DNA of 64,000 bases, taken from Eledone cirrhosa. Lineage: Eukaryota. Position 1 is the first letter of the stretch. Each line of letters starts with the position of its first letter. A program made the translations under genes and the position numbers. Of the stretch, positions 1-13,460 are shown piece after piece. The stretch lies in assembly GCA_964016885.1 (NCBI GenBank), contig OZ024765.1:18166001-18230000 (forward strand), read 5' to 3'. The notes under the pieces were generated by a model. The model did no database searches, was not told where the DNA came from, and saw only the letters and a list, made by a program, of their open reading frames with translations.

Positions 1-1175
1 TCACAGCTCCGATATTACGGATATTGGGTTAGAATAGATGAGGCCGAAATGGAGTTCCTCGAAAAGGTATTTTTCAGCACCTTTATCGATAGATTGTGTA
101 GCTCAGAGACCAGAGGTAGAGCTGCTATTTCTCCGTATTGCGAGATCACAGCACCGATATTACGGATATTGGGTTAGAATAGATGAGGCCGAAATGGAGT
201 TCCTCGAAAAGGTATTTTTCAGCACCTTTATCGATAGATTGTGTAGCTCAGAGACCAGAGGTAGAGCTGCTATTTCTCCGTATTGCGAGATCACAGCTCC
301 GATATTACGGATATTGGGTTAGAATAGATGAGGCCGAAATGGAGTTCCTCGAAAAGGTATTTGGATCACCTTTATCGATAGATTGTGTAGCTCAGAGACC
401 AGAGGTAGAGCTGCTATTTCTCCGTATTGCGAGATCACAGCTCCGATATTACGGATATTGGGTTAGAATAGATGAGGCCGAAATGGAGTTCCTCGAAAAG
501 GTATTTGGATCACCTTTATCGATAGATTGTGTAGCTCAGAGACCAGAGGTAGAGCTGCTATTTCTCCGTATTGCGAGATCACAGCTCCGATCTTACGGAT
601 ATTGAGTTAGAATAGATGGGGCTGAAATTGGCCTCTTTCGGAAGTACCCATATTGATAGATTGCGTAGCTCAGAGACCAGAGTTAGAGCTGCTACTTCTC
701 TGTATTGTAAAATCACAGCTCCGATATTAAGGATATGGGGTTAGAATAGATGAGGGCAAAAAGGGCTCCACCGAAGGGTATTTGGAGTACTCTTATTTAT
801 AGATTGCGTAGATCAGAGACCAGTGTTAGAGCTGCTACTGCTCCGTATTGTAAGATCCCAGCTCCGATATTATGGATATGGGGCCGAAATGGGGCTCCTC
901 CGAAATGTATTTGGAGTACCTACATCAATAGATTGCGTAGCTCAGAGCCCAGAGGTTCGGCTGCTACTTCTCCGAATCGTGTGATCACAGCTCCAATATT
1001 ACAGATATGGGGCTAGAATAGATGGGGCCGAAATGAGGTTCCTCCGAAGGGGATTTGGGGCAACGTTTATCGAGTGAGTGTGTAACTGGGAGACCAGAGA
1101 GTCGATTAAGGAAGCGGCGCTATTTCTACGAATGAGAAACCACAGCTCCAATATTACGGACATTTGGTTAGAATG
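1..1175. repeat. ~145-bp tandem satellite, array edge
   Basis: Unit TCACAGCTCCGATATTACGG... restarts at 1, 146, 291, 435 and 579. Later copies up to ~1175 are increasingly diverged. The ORFs at 38 and 183 are translations of this repeat. Confidence 0.95.
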
Positions 1176-1468
1176 TCTCAGGGAAAAAAATCACTGGACC
1201 GATTTTACGGACAAAAAAACAACCGGCAGCGGGTGGAGACCCATGTGTAGACCCACCTAGAGAAAAATCATTGGATAACATCCACGAGCTTCGCTGTTCT
1301 CACTTGGGGATCCAGTCGGATCAATTGAAGACAGTTCCTTCTTACGGGACCGTCTAGAAGGATCTTTTAAAGACTCTGGCCCCATCCCTACCGACTCTCT
1401 CAGAAACATGTGGCCGAAGAAGAAGAAAAATAAAAAAATTAAAATAAATAAAAAGAAGCAAATGAAAA

Positions 1469-1811
1469 CTACTGCTACTACTACTACTACTACTACTACT
1501 ATTGCTACTACTACTACTACTACAACTTCTGCTACTACTACTACTACTACTACTACAACTTCTGCTACTACTACTACTACTACTACTACAACTTCTGCTA
1601 CTACTACACTACTACTACAACTTCTGCTACTACTACTACTACTACTACTACTATTGCTACTACTACTACTACTACAACTTCTGCTACTGCTACTACTACT
1701 ACAACTTCTGCTACTACTACTACTACTACTACTACTACAACTTCTGCTACTACTACTACTACTACTACTACAACTTCTGCTACTACTACACTACTACTAC
1801 TACTACTACTG

Positions 1812-1847
<36 letters not shown>

Positions 1848-2059
1848 TTGCTACTACTACTACTACTACAACTTCTGCTACTACTACTACTACTACTACA
1901 ACTTCTGCTACTACTACTACTACTACTACAACTTCTGCTACTACTACACTACTACTACTACTACTGCTACTACTACTACTACTACTACAACTTCTGCTAC
2001 TACTACTACTACTACTACTACAACTTCTGCTACTACTACTACTACTACTACAACTTCTG

Positions 2060-2093
<34 letters not shown>

Positions 2094-2785
2094 AACTTCT
2101 GCTACTACTACTACTACTACTACAACTTCTGCTACTACTACTACTACTACTACAACTTCTGCTACTACTACTACTACTACTACAACTTCTGCTACTACTA
2201 CTACTACTACTACTACTATTGCTACTACTACTACTACTACAACTTCTGCTACTACTACTACTACTACTACTACAACTTCTGCTACTACTACTACTACTAC
2301 TACAACTTCTGCTACTACTACTACTACTACTACAACTTCTGCTACTACTACTACTACTACTACTACAACTTCTGCTACTACTACTACTACTACTACAACT
2401 TCTGCTACTACTACTACTACTACTACAACTTCTGCTACTACTACTACTACTACTACAACTTCTGCTACTACTACTACTACTACTACTGCTACTACTACTA
2501 CTACTACTACAACTTCTGCTACTACTACTACTACTACTACAACTTCTGCTACTACTACTACTACTACTACAACTTCTGCTACTACTACTACTACAACTTC
2601 TGCTACTACTACTACTACTACTACAACTTCTGCTACTACTACTACTACTACTACAACTTCTGCTACTACTACTACTACTACTACTACTATTGCTACTACT
2701 ACTACTACTACTACTACAACTTCTGCTACTACTACTACTACTACTACAACTTCTGCTACTACTACTACTACTACTACAACTTCTG

Positions 2786-2817
<32 letters not shown>

Positions 2818-3142
2818 GCTACTACTACTACTACTACTACAACTTCTGCTACTACTACTACTACTACTACAACTTCTGCTACTACTACTACTACAACTTC
2901 TGCTACTACTACTACTACTACTACAACTTCTGCTACTACTACTACTACTACTACAACTTCTGCTACTACTACTACTACTACTACTACTATTGCTACTACT
3001 ACTACTACTACAACTTCTGCTACTACTACTACTACTACTACTACTATTGCTACTACTACTACTACTACTACTACAACTTCTGCTACTACTACTACTACTA
3101 CTACAACTTCTGCTACTACTACTACTACTACTACAACTTCTG

Positions 3143-3174
<32 letters not shown>

Positions 3175-4180
3175 GCTACTACTACTACTACTACTACAAC
3201 TTCTGCTACTACTACTACTACTACTACAACTTCTGCTACTACTACTACTACAACTTCTGCTACTACTACTACTACTACTACAACTTCTGCTACTACTACT
3301 ACTACTACTACAACTTCTGCTACTACTACTACTACTACTACTACTATTGCTACTACTACTACTACTACAACTTCTGCTACTACTACTACTACTACTACAA
3401 CTTCTGCTACTACTACTACTACTACTACTACTATTGCTACTACTACTACTACTACTACTACAACTTCTGCTACTACTACTACTACTACTACTACAACTTC
3501 TGCTACTACTACTACTACTACTACTACAACTTCTGCTACTACTACTACTACTACTGCAACTTCTGCTACTACTACTACTACTACTACTACTATTGCTACT
3601 ACTACTACTACTACTACTACAACTTCTGCTACTACTACTACTACTACTACTACAACTTCTGCTACTACTACTACTACTACTACTACAACTTCTGCTACTA
3701 CTACTACTACTACTGCAACTTCTGCTACTACTACTACTACTACTACTACTACTATTGCTACTACTACTACTACTACTACTACAACTTCTGCTACTACTAC
3801 TACTACTACTACTACAACTTCTGCTACTACTACTACTACTACTACTACAACTTCTGCTACTACTACTACTACTACTGCAACTTCTGCTACTACTACTACT
3901 ACTACTACTACTACTATTGCTACTACTACTACTACTACTACTACAACTTCTGCTACTACTACTACTACTACTACTACAACTTCTGCTACTACTACTACTA
4001 CTACTACTACAACTTCTGCTACTACTACTACTACTACTGCAACTTCTGCTACTACTACTACTACTACTACTACTACTATTGCTACTACTACTACTACTAC
4101 TACTACAACTTCTGCTACTACTACTACTACTGCTACTGCTACTACTACCGTTACCACCACTACGGTTGCTGCTACTACTA
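1469..4180. repeat. Compound (ACT)n minisatellite punctuated by ACAACTTCTGCT / ATTGCT
   Basis: Direct reading. Open in several frames on both strands (poly-T/L/Y/S/V), as expected of a simple repeat. Confidence 0.95.
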
Positions 4181-4183
4181 CAA

Positions 4184-5112
4184 ATAATTGTTTCTACTTT
4201 TGGCACAAGGCCAGTAATTACGCCAGTACATTACTGGTACTTTATTTTATTGACCCCGTAAGGATGAAAGGCAAAGTTAACCTCGGCGGGATTTGAACTC
4301 AGATGGTAAAGGGCCGTAACTCCATGCGCCAAAGCATGGTGTCCGACCCTCTACCGATACTGACAATCTACCGCCATTGAAAGTAAAATAAGTGTTTCTA
4401 CTTTTGGCACAAGGCCAGCAATTAACCCCGTGTATTACTGGTACTTTAATTTATCGAGCCCATAAGAATGAAAGGCAAAGTTAACCTCGGCGGGATTTGA
4501 ACTCAGACCATAAAGGGGCGTAACTCTTTGCTGCAAAGCATGGTGTCCGATCCTCTAGCGATACTGCCAATCCAATTGAAAGTAAACTAATACAAAATAA
4601 TTATAATAATAAGTGTATAAAGAAAAAGATGTCGGAAGGTGTCCTCCAATAAGTTCAGATGTCGTTGAAAGCCATTGGGTATAATTATATAAAAAAATAA
4701 TTGTTTCTACGTTAGACACAAGGCCAGCAATTTACCAGTGTATTACAGGTACTTTATTTTATCGACCCCGTAAGGATGAAAGGCAAAGTTAACCTCAGCG
4801 GGATTTGAACTCAGAATGGCAAGGGCCGTAACTCTATGCGTCAAAGCATTAAAAAAATAATTGTTTCTACGTTAGACACAAGGCCAGCAATTTACCACTG
4901 TATTACAGGTACTTTATTTTATCGACCCCGTAAGGATGAAAGGCAAAGTTAACCTCAGCGGGATTTGAACTCAGAATGGCAAGGGCTGTAACTCTATGCG
5001 TCAAAGCATTAAAAAAATAATTGTTTCTAACTAGGCACAAGGCCAGCAATTATACCAGTGTATTACTGGTACTTTATTTTATCGACCCCGTAAGGATGAA
5101 AGGCAAAGTTAA
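4184..5112 (-). mobile_element. Cluster of tRNA-derived SINE family 1 copies (4184-4376, 4389-4575, truncated tandem copies 4698-4849, 4858-5009, 5018-5112)
   Basis: Reverse complement of the ~190-bp consensus GGGCGGTGGATTGGCAGTATCGG...GAGTTCAAATCCC...GCCTTTCATCCTTACGGGGTCGATAAAATAAAGTACCAG...AGAAACAATTA. Confidence 0.9.
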
Positions 5113-5189
5113 AAATAATCATGGCAAGAAAGGAACGCAACGCCATAAAGGTGTCTACAGACATTCTGTGTGTTGTATATAGCAGTAAA

Positions 5190-5345
5190 TGTAGTTGGCA
5201 GTATCGGTAGAGCGTCAGACAGCATGATTTATAGCATAGAGCGACGCCCCTTTACAATCTGAGTTCAAATCCCGCCGAGGTTAGCTTTGCCTTTCATCCT
5301 GACGGGGTCGATAAGATAAAGTATCTGTCACGCAGTGGGGGGTCA
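5190..5345 (+). mobile_element. SINE family 1, diverged copy
   Basis: A box TGGCAGTATCGG, B box GAGTTCAAATCCC and central domain are present. The 3' part differs. Confidence 0.8.
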
Positions 5346-5349
5346 TTCG

Positions 5350-5545
5350 TGGCGAAAACCACACAATGGACGACGGCCACCCTGACCACCTTGGCAAGCG
5401 CCCTCTCTCAGTTCTCCAGCTCCTCGGCCTACTGGCGCATACTCAGAACGGCCCCGTTCACTCGGACCAGGCTCGTCACTTTCACCCTCCTTTCAACAAA
5501 CTTACTAGAAGAGAGCACTTGCCTCTCCACCCTGATTTTCCTCTA
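5350..5545 (-). mobile_element. Possible L1/Tx1-like LINE ORF2 C-terminal remnant plus 3' UTR
   Basis: Minus strand reads RKIRVERQVLSSSKFVERRVKVTSLVRVNGAVLSMRQ*, resembling the R-x-E...F-x-x-R-W end of Tx1-type ORF2. Recalled similarity only. Confidence 0.45.
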
Positions 5546-5798
5546 ATTATTTCTACTTTTGGCACAAGGCCAGCAATTATCTCAGTGCATTACTGGTACT
5601 TTATTTTATCGATCCCGTTAACTTTCCCTTTCATCCTTACGGGGTCGATGAAAGCTTATCAGGGATTCTCTGAAGAAGTACTTTATTTTATCGACCCCGT
5701 AATAATTGTTTCTACTTTAGGCACAAGGCCAGCACATACCCAGTGCATTACTGGTACTTTATTTTATCGACCCCGTAAGAATGAAAGGCAAAGTCAAT
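5545..5798 (-). mobile_element. Rearranged SINE family 1 fragments
   Basis: GGCACAAGGCCAGC...GGTACTTTATTTTATCGA blocks, with one short piece in the opposite orientation. Confidence 0.8.
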
Positions 5799-6274
5799 GC
5801 TAATAATAATAGTGATGATGAAGGTGTTGGTGGGTGGTGGGATAGTAGTGGTGGTGGTGGTGGTGGTGGTGGTGGTGGTGGTCATCGTGTTAGGGATGGT
5901 GGTGGTGGTGGTCATCGTGTTAGGGATGGTGGTGGTGGTGGTGGTGGTGGTAGTGGTGGTCATCGTGTTAGGGATGATGGTGGTGGTGGTGGTGGTGGTG
6001 GTCGTCGTCGTCGTCGTCGTTTTAGGGGTGGAGGTGGAGCTGGTGGGAACGGATGGCGATGGTGGTGGTGGTGGTGGTGGTCGTGTTAGGGGTGGCGGTG
6101 GTAGGGATGGCGCGGGTTGATCATCATGATATGGTAATAACGGGGGATGGGGGGTGAGGAGGGGGGGGGGGGGGGGGGGGGGGGGGGAATAAACGATATG
6201 AAATCTACTCGACACGTTCATGTTCGATCTCCATCTTATTCCTAGATACATCGATTAAGTATCTGAATGTGTGT

Positions 6275-6305
<31 letters not shown>

Positions 6306-6333
6306 TGAGTGTGTATGTATAAACATGGATACA

Positions 6334-6387
<54 letters not shown>

Positions 6388-6417
6388 CATACATATATAT
6401 ATATATATCTGTATATA

Positions 6418-6547
<130 letters not shown>

Positions 6548-6620
6548 GTGAATAACACTCCCACACTTTATATATGTATATATATATATATATACTAGAA
6601 AGTGTGGGAGTGTTTTTCAC

Positions 6621-6764
<144 letters not shown>

Positions 6765-6887
6765 TGTGTGTATGTGTGTGTGTGTTGTAATTACACATAT
6801 AGAAAACCCCCTTAGGATAAGCGTAACAAATAAATGTCCACAGTTTTTATTGTTATTACTAAGATCAGGCATTATTATATATATATG

Positions 6888-6922
<35 letters not shown>

Positions 6923-6959
6923 GTATATATATGTATATATACATATATATATTTATATG

Positions 6960-6990
<31 letters not shown>

Positions 6991-6991
6991 G

Positions 6992-7036
<45 letters not shown>

Positions 7037-7059
7037 GTATATATATATATATGTATATA

Positions 7060-7118
<59 letters not shown>

Positions 7119-7146
7119 GCATATATATATTACCATTAGAGCGCTG

Positions 7147-7178
<32 letters not shown>

Positions 7179-7230
7179 TATATAGATATATAGATATATA
7201 TATCTAGATATATATAGATATATATGTATA

Positions 7231-7268
<38 letters not shown>

Positions 7269-7296
7269 TGATATAAACTGTATATACATATATACA

Positions 7297-7370
<74 letters not shown>

Positions 7371-7654
7371 GTTTATATCATCTGTATATATATATATGTA
7401 CGTTATTTATAGATATCATATATATAAATATGTATATCTGTGTGTGTGTGTATGAGTGGGTATATGTTTGTATGTGTGCGTATGTATGTGTGTATATACA
7501 TAAGTGTGTATATGTGTGTGTATGTGTGTATATATGTGTGTGAGTGTATGTATGTGTATGTGTGTATGTGTGTGTATATGTGTATGTGTGTGTATATATT
7601 TGTATGTCTGTGTGTGTGTGTGTGTATGTGTATGTATGTGTGTATATATGTGTA

Positions 7655-7854
7655 NNNNNNNNNNNNNNNNNNNNNNNNNNNNNNNNNNNNNNNNNNNNNN
7701 NNNNNNNNNNNNNNNNNNNNNNNNNNNNNNNNNNNNNNNNNNNNNNNNNNNNNNNNNNNNNNNNNNNNNNNNNNNNNNNNNNNNNNNNNNNNNNNNNNNN
7801 NNNNNNNNNNNNNNNNNNNNNNNNNNNNNNNNNNNNNNNNNNNNNNNNNNNNNN
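7655..7854. other. Assembly gap (200 N)
   Basis: Run of N. Confidence 1.
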
Positions 7855-7895
7855 ACTATCCACAAGTGTTTTTTAGCCTTCATATCATGTCCTCC

Positions 7896-7967
7896 TGTTT
7901 TATCTGATGAAAAGACAAATATTATTGCATGATAATGTTTGTTTTTGAAATGCGCATACTAAAATAC
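7896..7967 (+). ncRNA. Minimal hammerhead ribozyme, family D
   Basis: TGTTTTAT-CTGATGA(7904)-long stem II AAGACAAATATTAT/ATAATGTTTGTTTT-GAAA(7947)-TGCGCA-TA-CTAAAATA. Followed by ~40 bp and (TA)n. Same family as 57050-57560. Confidence 0.75.
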
Positions 7968-8003
7968 ATGGAACTCCTTTAACCATCTTTTGATCTTATA
8001 TAT

Positions 8004-8370
<367 letters not shown>

Positions 8371-8759
8371 TTAAAGAATTGGGTGGAGAAAGAGAGACAG
8401 GTAAACAAACACGAATGGTGAGGCAACGTAAAGAGAGGAAAAAATGAGAAAATCAAGTCAAGACTTATTTGAACATAAGAACTTGCGAACATTGACGAGA
8501 AGACGAAAGACACATCTTAACCGTGCGAAAAGTAAGCTAGGAAAGAATTTCGCACGGTGTGGGACGATGGAGGAAGTGAGAGAGAGGGTGAGTAGAAGAG
8601 AGTGAGTGAGTGAAAGTGTGAGGAAGATGCCCAGCCGAGAGAGGGTTACTAGCAGAGGGGTTGAATGAAAGTAAGAGGGAGAAGGAGAGAGAAGGGGGAG
8701 AAAGAAAGAGGATAGCAGTAAGGGAAGAGAAAAAGACAGGTCACAGCGAAGGGGAAAGC

Positions 8760-8980
8760 ATATAGGAATGAAAAATGGCGTGCTGTGTTGTTGCATATGT
8801 GATATACAAATTAAAATGAAGAAATAGAAATAGAAGCCTGTGGTATCTGGTCTTTAATGCGAAGAAATACCTATGATGGCTAGTAGACCACTGATGATGG
8901 ACAGTCCTGGCTTCTATTTCTAATTCTTCATTTTAATTTGTATATCACATATGCAACAACACAGCACGCCATTTTTCATT

Positions 8981-8987
<7 letters not shown>
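8760..8987. repeat. Inverted repeat (~79-bp arms 8760-8838 / 8909-8987) with a partial hammerhead core in the spacer
   Basis: Arms ATAGGAATGAAAAATGGCGTGC... and ...GCACGCCATTTTTCATTCCTAT. The spacer has AGACCA-CTGATGA(8891)-TGGACAGTCC but no GAAA. Confidence 0.8.
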
Positions 8988-9054
<67 letters not shown>

Positions 9055-9137
9055 GAAAAATTGAACAGGGACAGAACAGAGAGGCAGTACGATAAATGTT
9101 TATTAAATTCACGCTCAGGAGAGTGGGGGGTAGGTGG

Positions 9138-9175
9138 AGGACGACGTTTCGGGCATAAGCCCTTCTTCAGGTGAG
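9138..9175 (-). ncRNA. Minimal hammerhead motif at a PLE-like 3' end
   Basis: Minus strand CTGAAGA-AGGGCTTATGCCC-GAAA-CG-TC. Element spans ~9050-9410 and ends at (TA)n. Stem I is poorly conserved. Confidence 0.7.
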
Positions 9176-9404
9176 AGAGAGTTCAAAAGGTGTGTAGGGG
9201 AGTGGTGGAGAGACATATAGCGAAAGGAAACGGTGCGAATGAAAAATTAACAAATAAAGACAAAAATATAATAAATAATAAATAAAAATAGGAACACAGG
9301 CAAAGAATCATATACGGAAAAAAAGGGGTACGGTAACAAAATCAAACAGAGGTAATGCGTGGAAGGAAAGACAAAGTGTGGGAAGGTGTGTAAAGTTCGG
9401 AGAA

Positions 9405-9436
<32 letters not shown>

Positions 9437-9783
9437 ATACATGCATATATATATTACTCTTTTACTCGTTTACCTGTTCCAGCCATCCGGTTGAGACCAT
9501 GGTAGAGCACTGCCCTTGTCGCTACATATGACTTGGTTGGTAGAATGTCGAAATGTTTCTCCAATACATATACATCTACCCGATGTGATTGAGACACAGC
9601 ATGCAGGAGTTTTAAGGGAAAAAAACAATTAAACCTAACAAACGTTTTGATGATCCAAACCGGAGAAGCAAGCTTTGATAACTTTAATGTGTTTACATGT
9701 TACAATGATCCTTTATATATATACAAGGTGCACCTTTCAAAGCCTTTTCTGATATCTTTTCATTATATTATATATATCTATCT

Positions 9784-9973
9784 AGGGCGGTAGATTGGCA
9801 GTATCGGTAGAGGGTCGGACGCCATGCTTTCCAGCATAGTTACGTCCCTTTACGATCTGAGTTCAAATCCCGCCGAGGTTGACTTTGCCTTTCATCCTTA
9901 CGGGGTCGATAAAATAAAGTACCAGTAATGCACTGGGTAATTGCTAGCCTTGTGCCTAAAGTAGAAACAATTA
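9784..9973 (+). mobile_element. SINE family 1, full length
   Basis: Complete head, central domain and tail, with ATTATATATATCTATCTA repeated on both flanks (TSD-like). Confidence 0.92.
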
Positions 9974-10026
9974 TATATATCTATCTATATACATATATAC
10001 ATATATGTATGTATAATTTTATATAT

Positions 10027-10059
<33 letters not shown>

Positions 10060-10253
10060 TACATATATTTATATGTATAAATATGTATGTATGTATATAT
10101 ATATATATATATATATAATCAAAGGGATATTTAGTTTGTTAGTAATTCAACAAATATATTTATTTATTAACAGATTCGAAGCACTCGACAAGTTTTCTGG
10201 AGTATCAATGATATTAATAAATATAGTTTCCATTTATTAATATCATTGATATA

Positions 10254-10324
<71 letters not shown>

Positions 10325-10417
10325 ATAATAATAAATTTGAAGACTAAAATCCATATATATCAAATATATAAGAACCGTAGAGCAAATATTTATTAAAATA
10401 ACAGATTAAAGTTTAAG

Positions 10418-10480
10418 CAAAGAATCGCTGCTTTCACCCTTAACGGGATCTTCAGAAGATCCCGTTTAGGGTGAAAGCAT
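10418..10480. repeat. Short fold-back centred on a hammerhead core
   Basis: GCTTTCACCCTTAACGGGATCTTC-A-GAAGATCCCGTTTAGGGTGAAAGC. The minus strand reads CTGAAGA-TCCCGTTAAGGGT-GAAA. Confidence 0.65.
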
Positions 10481-10484
10481 AAAT

Positions 10485-10850
10485 AATGAATGAATATTAA
10501 ATAATTTATCTACTAAATTTCGTGGCTGTTGATTAAATATATTTTGTTTATTTAAAGATTCACTTCTTTAAAATTTCTGAAATGTCGACACTTCCGGTTG
10601 GCCATCACTTAAATAAACATACTAATTTTCTTTCACTAATTTTCTCCTAATGCTGTTTATATATAATATCGTCTTTTTTTTAATGTATCATGGATTACGT
10701 TACTGATTACATGAGACAGTGTAACAACGTCTTCGTTCAATTTCTGTGTATATTGTCAATTACGATTTTATTTGATCATATCTACATGTATATATACTTG
10801 CGTATAATATCAATATACACACTACACAAGCAAGCAGAAAACCACCCATT
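10485..10850. repeat. Dispersed AT-rich repeat with an inverted copy at ~52350-52800
   Basis: Shared sequence, e.g. ATGGATTACGTTACTGATTACAT. ORFs 10690+ and 52258- both begin MDYVTDY. Confidence 0.8.
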
Positions 10851-11219
10851 AGTTCCGCTAATGATAAATTTATATATATATAGAGTAGTTATAGCGATGT
10901 CTATAAACTGATACGTTACATAACCGTCAAATTTAGCCCAGACATGGAGGTTCGGCGTTGGAGAGGGTATTTATGGGATGGAGGGACAGAGCAGAGCAGC
11001 GAAGGGGGAAGAGAGCAGCGCTGTTGCTGTAAAGAAGAGGGTATTAATTAAAGGAATGGGCGGAGGTTTATTTAAAACATTAAAACTAGCTGCGGACTTT
11101 TTCTTTTTTTTTTAGTAATCATTTTATTAATATGAGTTGGACTAGACACCGTCGTTGGTATGTAAACGTGTGTACTTATGCTTGACTATACCTATATTAC
11201 ATATATATATATATATATA

Positions 11220-11299
<80 letters not shown>

Positions 11300-11334
11300 C
11301 TGTATGTATATATAAATATATGTAAGTATATATA

Positions 11335-11371
<37 letters not shown>

Positions 11372-11402
11372 CTATATACATATATATATATTAATATGTA
11401 TG

Positions 11403-11474
<72 letters not shown>

Positions 11475-11539
11475 GTTTCGGTGTGCCTCGTTTTGTGTGT
11501 GAGTGTAGGCATATACGCACTCACATATGAATATAAATT

Positions 11540-11620
<81 letters not shown>

Positions 11621-11947
11621 GCATATACATATATACATATATATATGTGTGTGTGTGTTTGTGTGTCTGTATTCATTTTTATATATATCAATATAAATAA
11701 ATGTTTGCGCGTGTGCGTGCCTGCTTTGTTTATGTGTATGTATGTATGTATGCCTGTCTGTGTGTGTGTGTGAGTGATGTTACTACATGTGTGTATGTAT
11801 GTATGTATATTCCGAAATCTGACCTAGACATGGCGGGGTGTCATGGGACGATGTGTATTCCTCTTAACCGCTAAATCTGGATTGTAACAATATAATGTAT
11901 TTATGGAATAGACAGACATAACTGTTGCTTGTGGATCAGACGTCTCG

Positions 11948-12056
<109 letters not shown>

Positions 12057-12089
12057 ATATAAATATTATATATATATATGTGTGACTAA

Positions 12090-12349
12090 CCCAGGTTCTG
12101 CTTGCTGCACGTCGGGCTGAGGAGGCCAAACTCCTCAAATACCGGTCGCTCCCCGACAAGTTTGCGGATGCACCCCTGGCAGTGGAGACTTCTGGTGTCC
12201 CCGGCCCTAGGGCTACCTCCCTACTCACCACCATAGGCGCTGAGCTGGTCAGCCGCAGGTGTCAACCCGGCGAGTTGGAGTGGCATTTCCAGCGCGTCTC
12301 CCTTGCTGTCCTCCGTGGGAACGCCTTCTCCATCCTGTCCCTTTACTAA
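12090..12349 (+). mobile_element. CRE-clade non-LTR retrotransposon remnant, restriction-like endonuclease C-terminus
   Basis: Reads AEEAKLLKYRSL...PLAVETSGVPG...WHFQRVSLAVLRGNAFSIL, matching the AE-x-x-K-x-x-KY / P-x-A-VET-x-G / QR-x-S-x-A-x-x-RGNA pattern. Confidence 0.8.
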
Positions 12350-12759
12350 TGGGATAAAAAATTATAAACCGTGCGCAGTCCCGCGCCCCTTACCTTATTA
12401 TAGTTCATATAGCATCGCGTAACATTCCATATTTAGGTTTCCCCCTACTTATTGTGTAGCCATTAGTTCCCACTCGGTATTCATTTATTACCACATTCCT
12501 ATAGGTATTAGTACCTACATTATATGGAGAAAGATATCTGCCATTTTAACTCTTAGTATATCTTTCATCATACCACTGGCCTGCTAAACCATAACTTCGA
12601 TCTTCCGACGTGGAAGAGGCTCCTATCAGAAGAAACCATCACCAAATCATCAGGCTAGATCCAGAAACGATGTTATCTTGTTTGTCGTCTAGCCTTCGCT
12701 CTCACGCCGATTGGATTTACCCGTAAAATCTCTCTAGTCATTCTTTCGCTATATATATA

Positions 12760-12944
12760 TACTTTATTCCGGATTTAATCGGAGGTAACCGCAGTAAGTA
12801 AGGTACGCAATACATAGCAGAGTATAAGGATTGAATATAGAAATGGCTTCTACCGGACTAGAGCTGTTTCATTCGGAGGGCTTTCCTGGTGATCTCCTCT
12901 GAATGAAACATTTCTAGTCCTGTAGAAGTTATTTCTATATTAAA
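12760..12944. mobile_element. PLE-like fold-back terminus, family B
   Basis: Inverted arms around 12880 with CTGGTGA-TCTCCTCTGAAT-GAAA-CATTTCTAGTC. Flanked by (TA)n. Confidence 0.65.
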
Positions 12945-13103
12945 TATATATATATATATATATATTTAGGCATGATCTCTGTGTGTTGGTATTTTAACGA
13001 TAGTTATAGCTCTGGTTTATCCAAACTATTGAGCCCTCTGCCACACATGTCGGATATTCTTTATCGTGATTTCGTGGGCCGATATTCCGATTCTCGATCA
13101 TTC

Positions 13104-13165
<62 letters not shown>

Positions 13166-13200
13166 CACAAGTATCAAAGTTATGTACAAATCATTTAATC

Positions 13201-13246
13201 GGTGACAATTGTTTCTTCCAACTTTAGTGTGGTTTCATCGGAGCAT
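13201..13246 (-). ncRNA. Decayed minimal hammerhead
   Basis: Minus strand CCGATGA-AACCACACTAAAGTTGGAA-GAAA-CAATTG-TC, with palindromic stem III and a GUC triplet. About 40 bp from a (TA)n tract. Confidence 0.55.
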
Positions 13247-13460
13247 TATCAATGTTTGTACATATAATTAGCTCCTATTCAACTGAACAATCATATAGAT
13301 ACATGGATATTGATATATAAAACACCTGATGTTCATACATTGAGCTTTTGTCTTACTGGTAATAAGGGAGTAATAAATTACTGACCTTTCCTGTTTATAG
13401 TTGTTTATAGTATAGTATATACATAACTATAAATAGTATCATTATTATTATGTATAAATA

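Noticed and set aside
1408-4296. 962-aa Thr-rich mucin-like ORF and overlapping ORFs
   Set aside because: Simple repeat open in many frames, with internal frame slips. The C-terminus runs into a SINE.
9784-9880. Possible tRNA gene (A and B boxes)
   Set aside because: No cloverleaf. It is the head of a dispersed SINE, and the same applies to 21373 and 32460.
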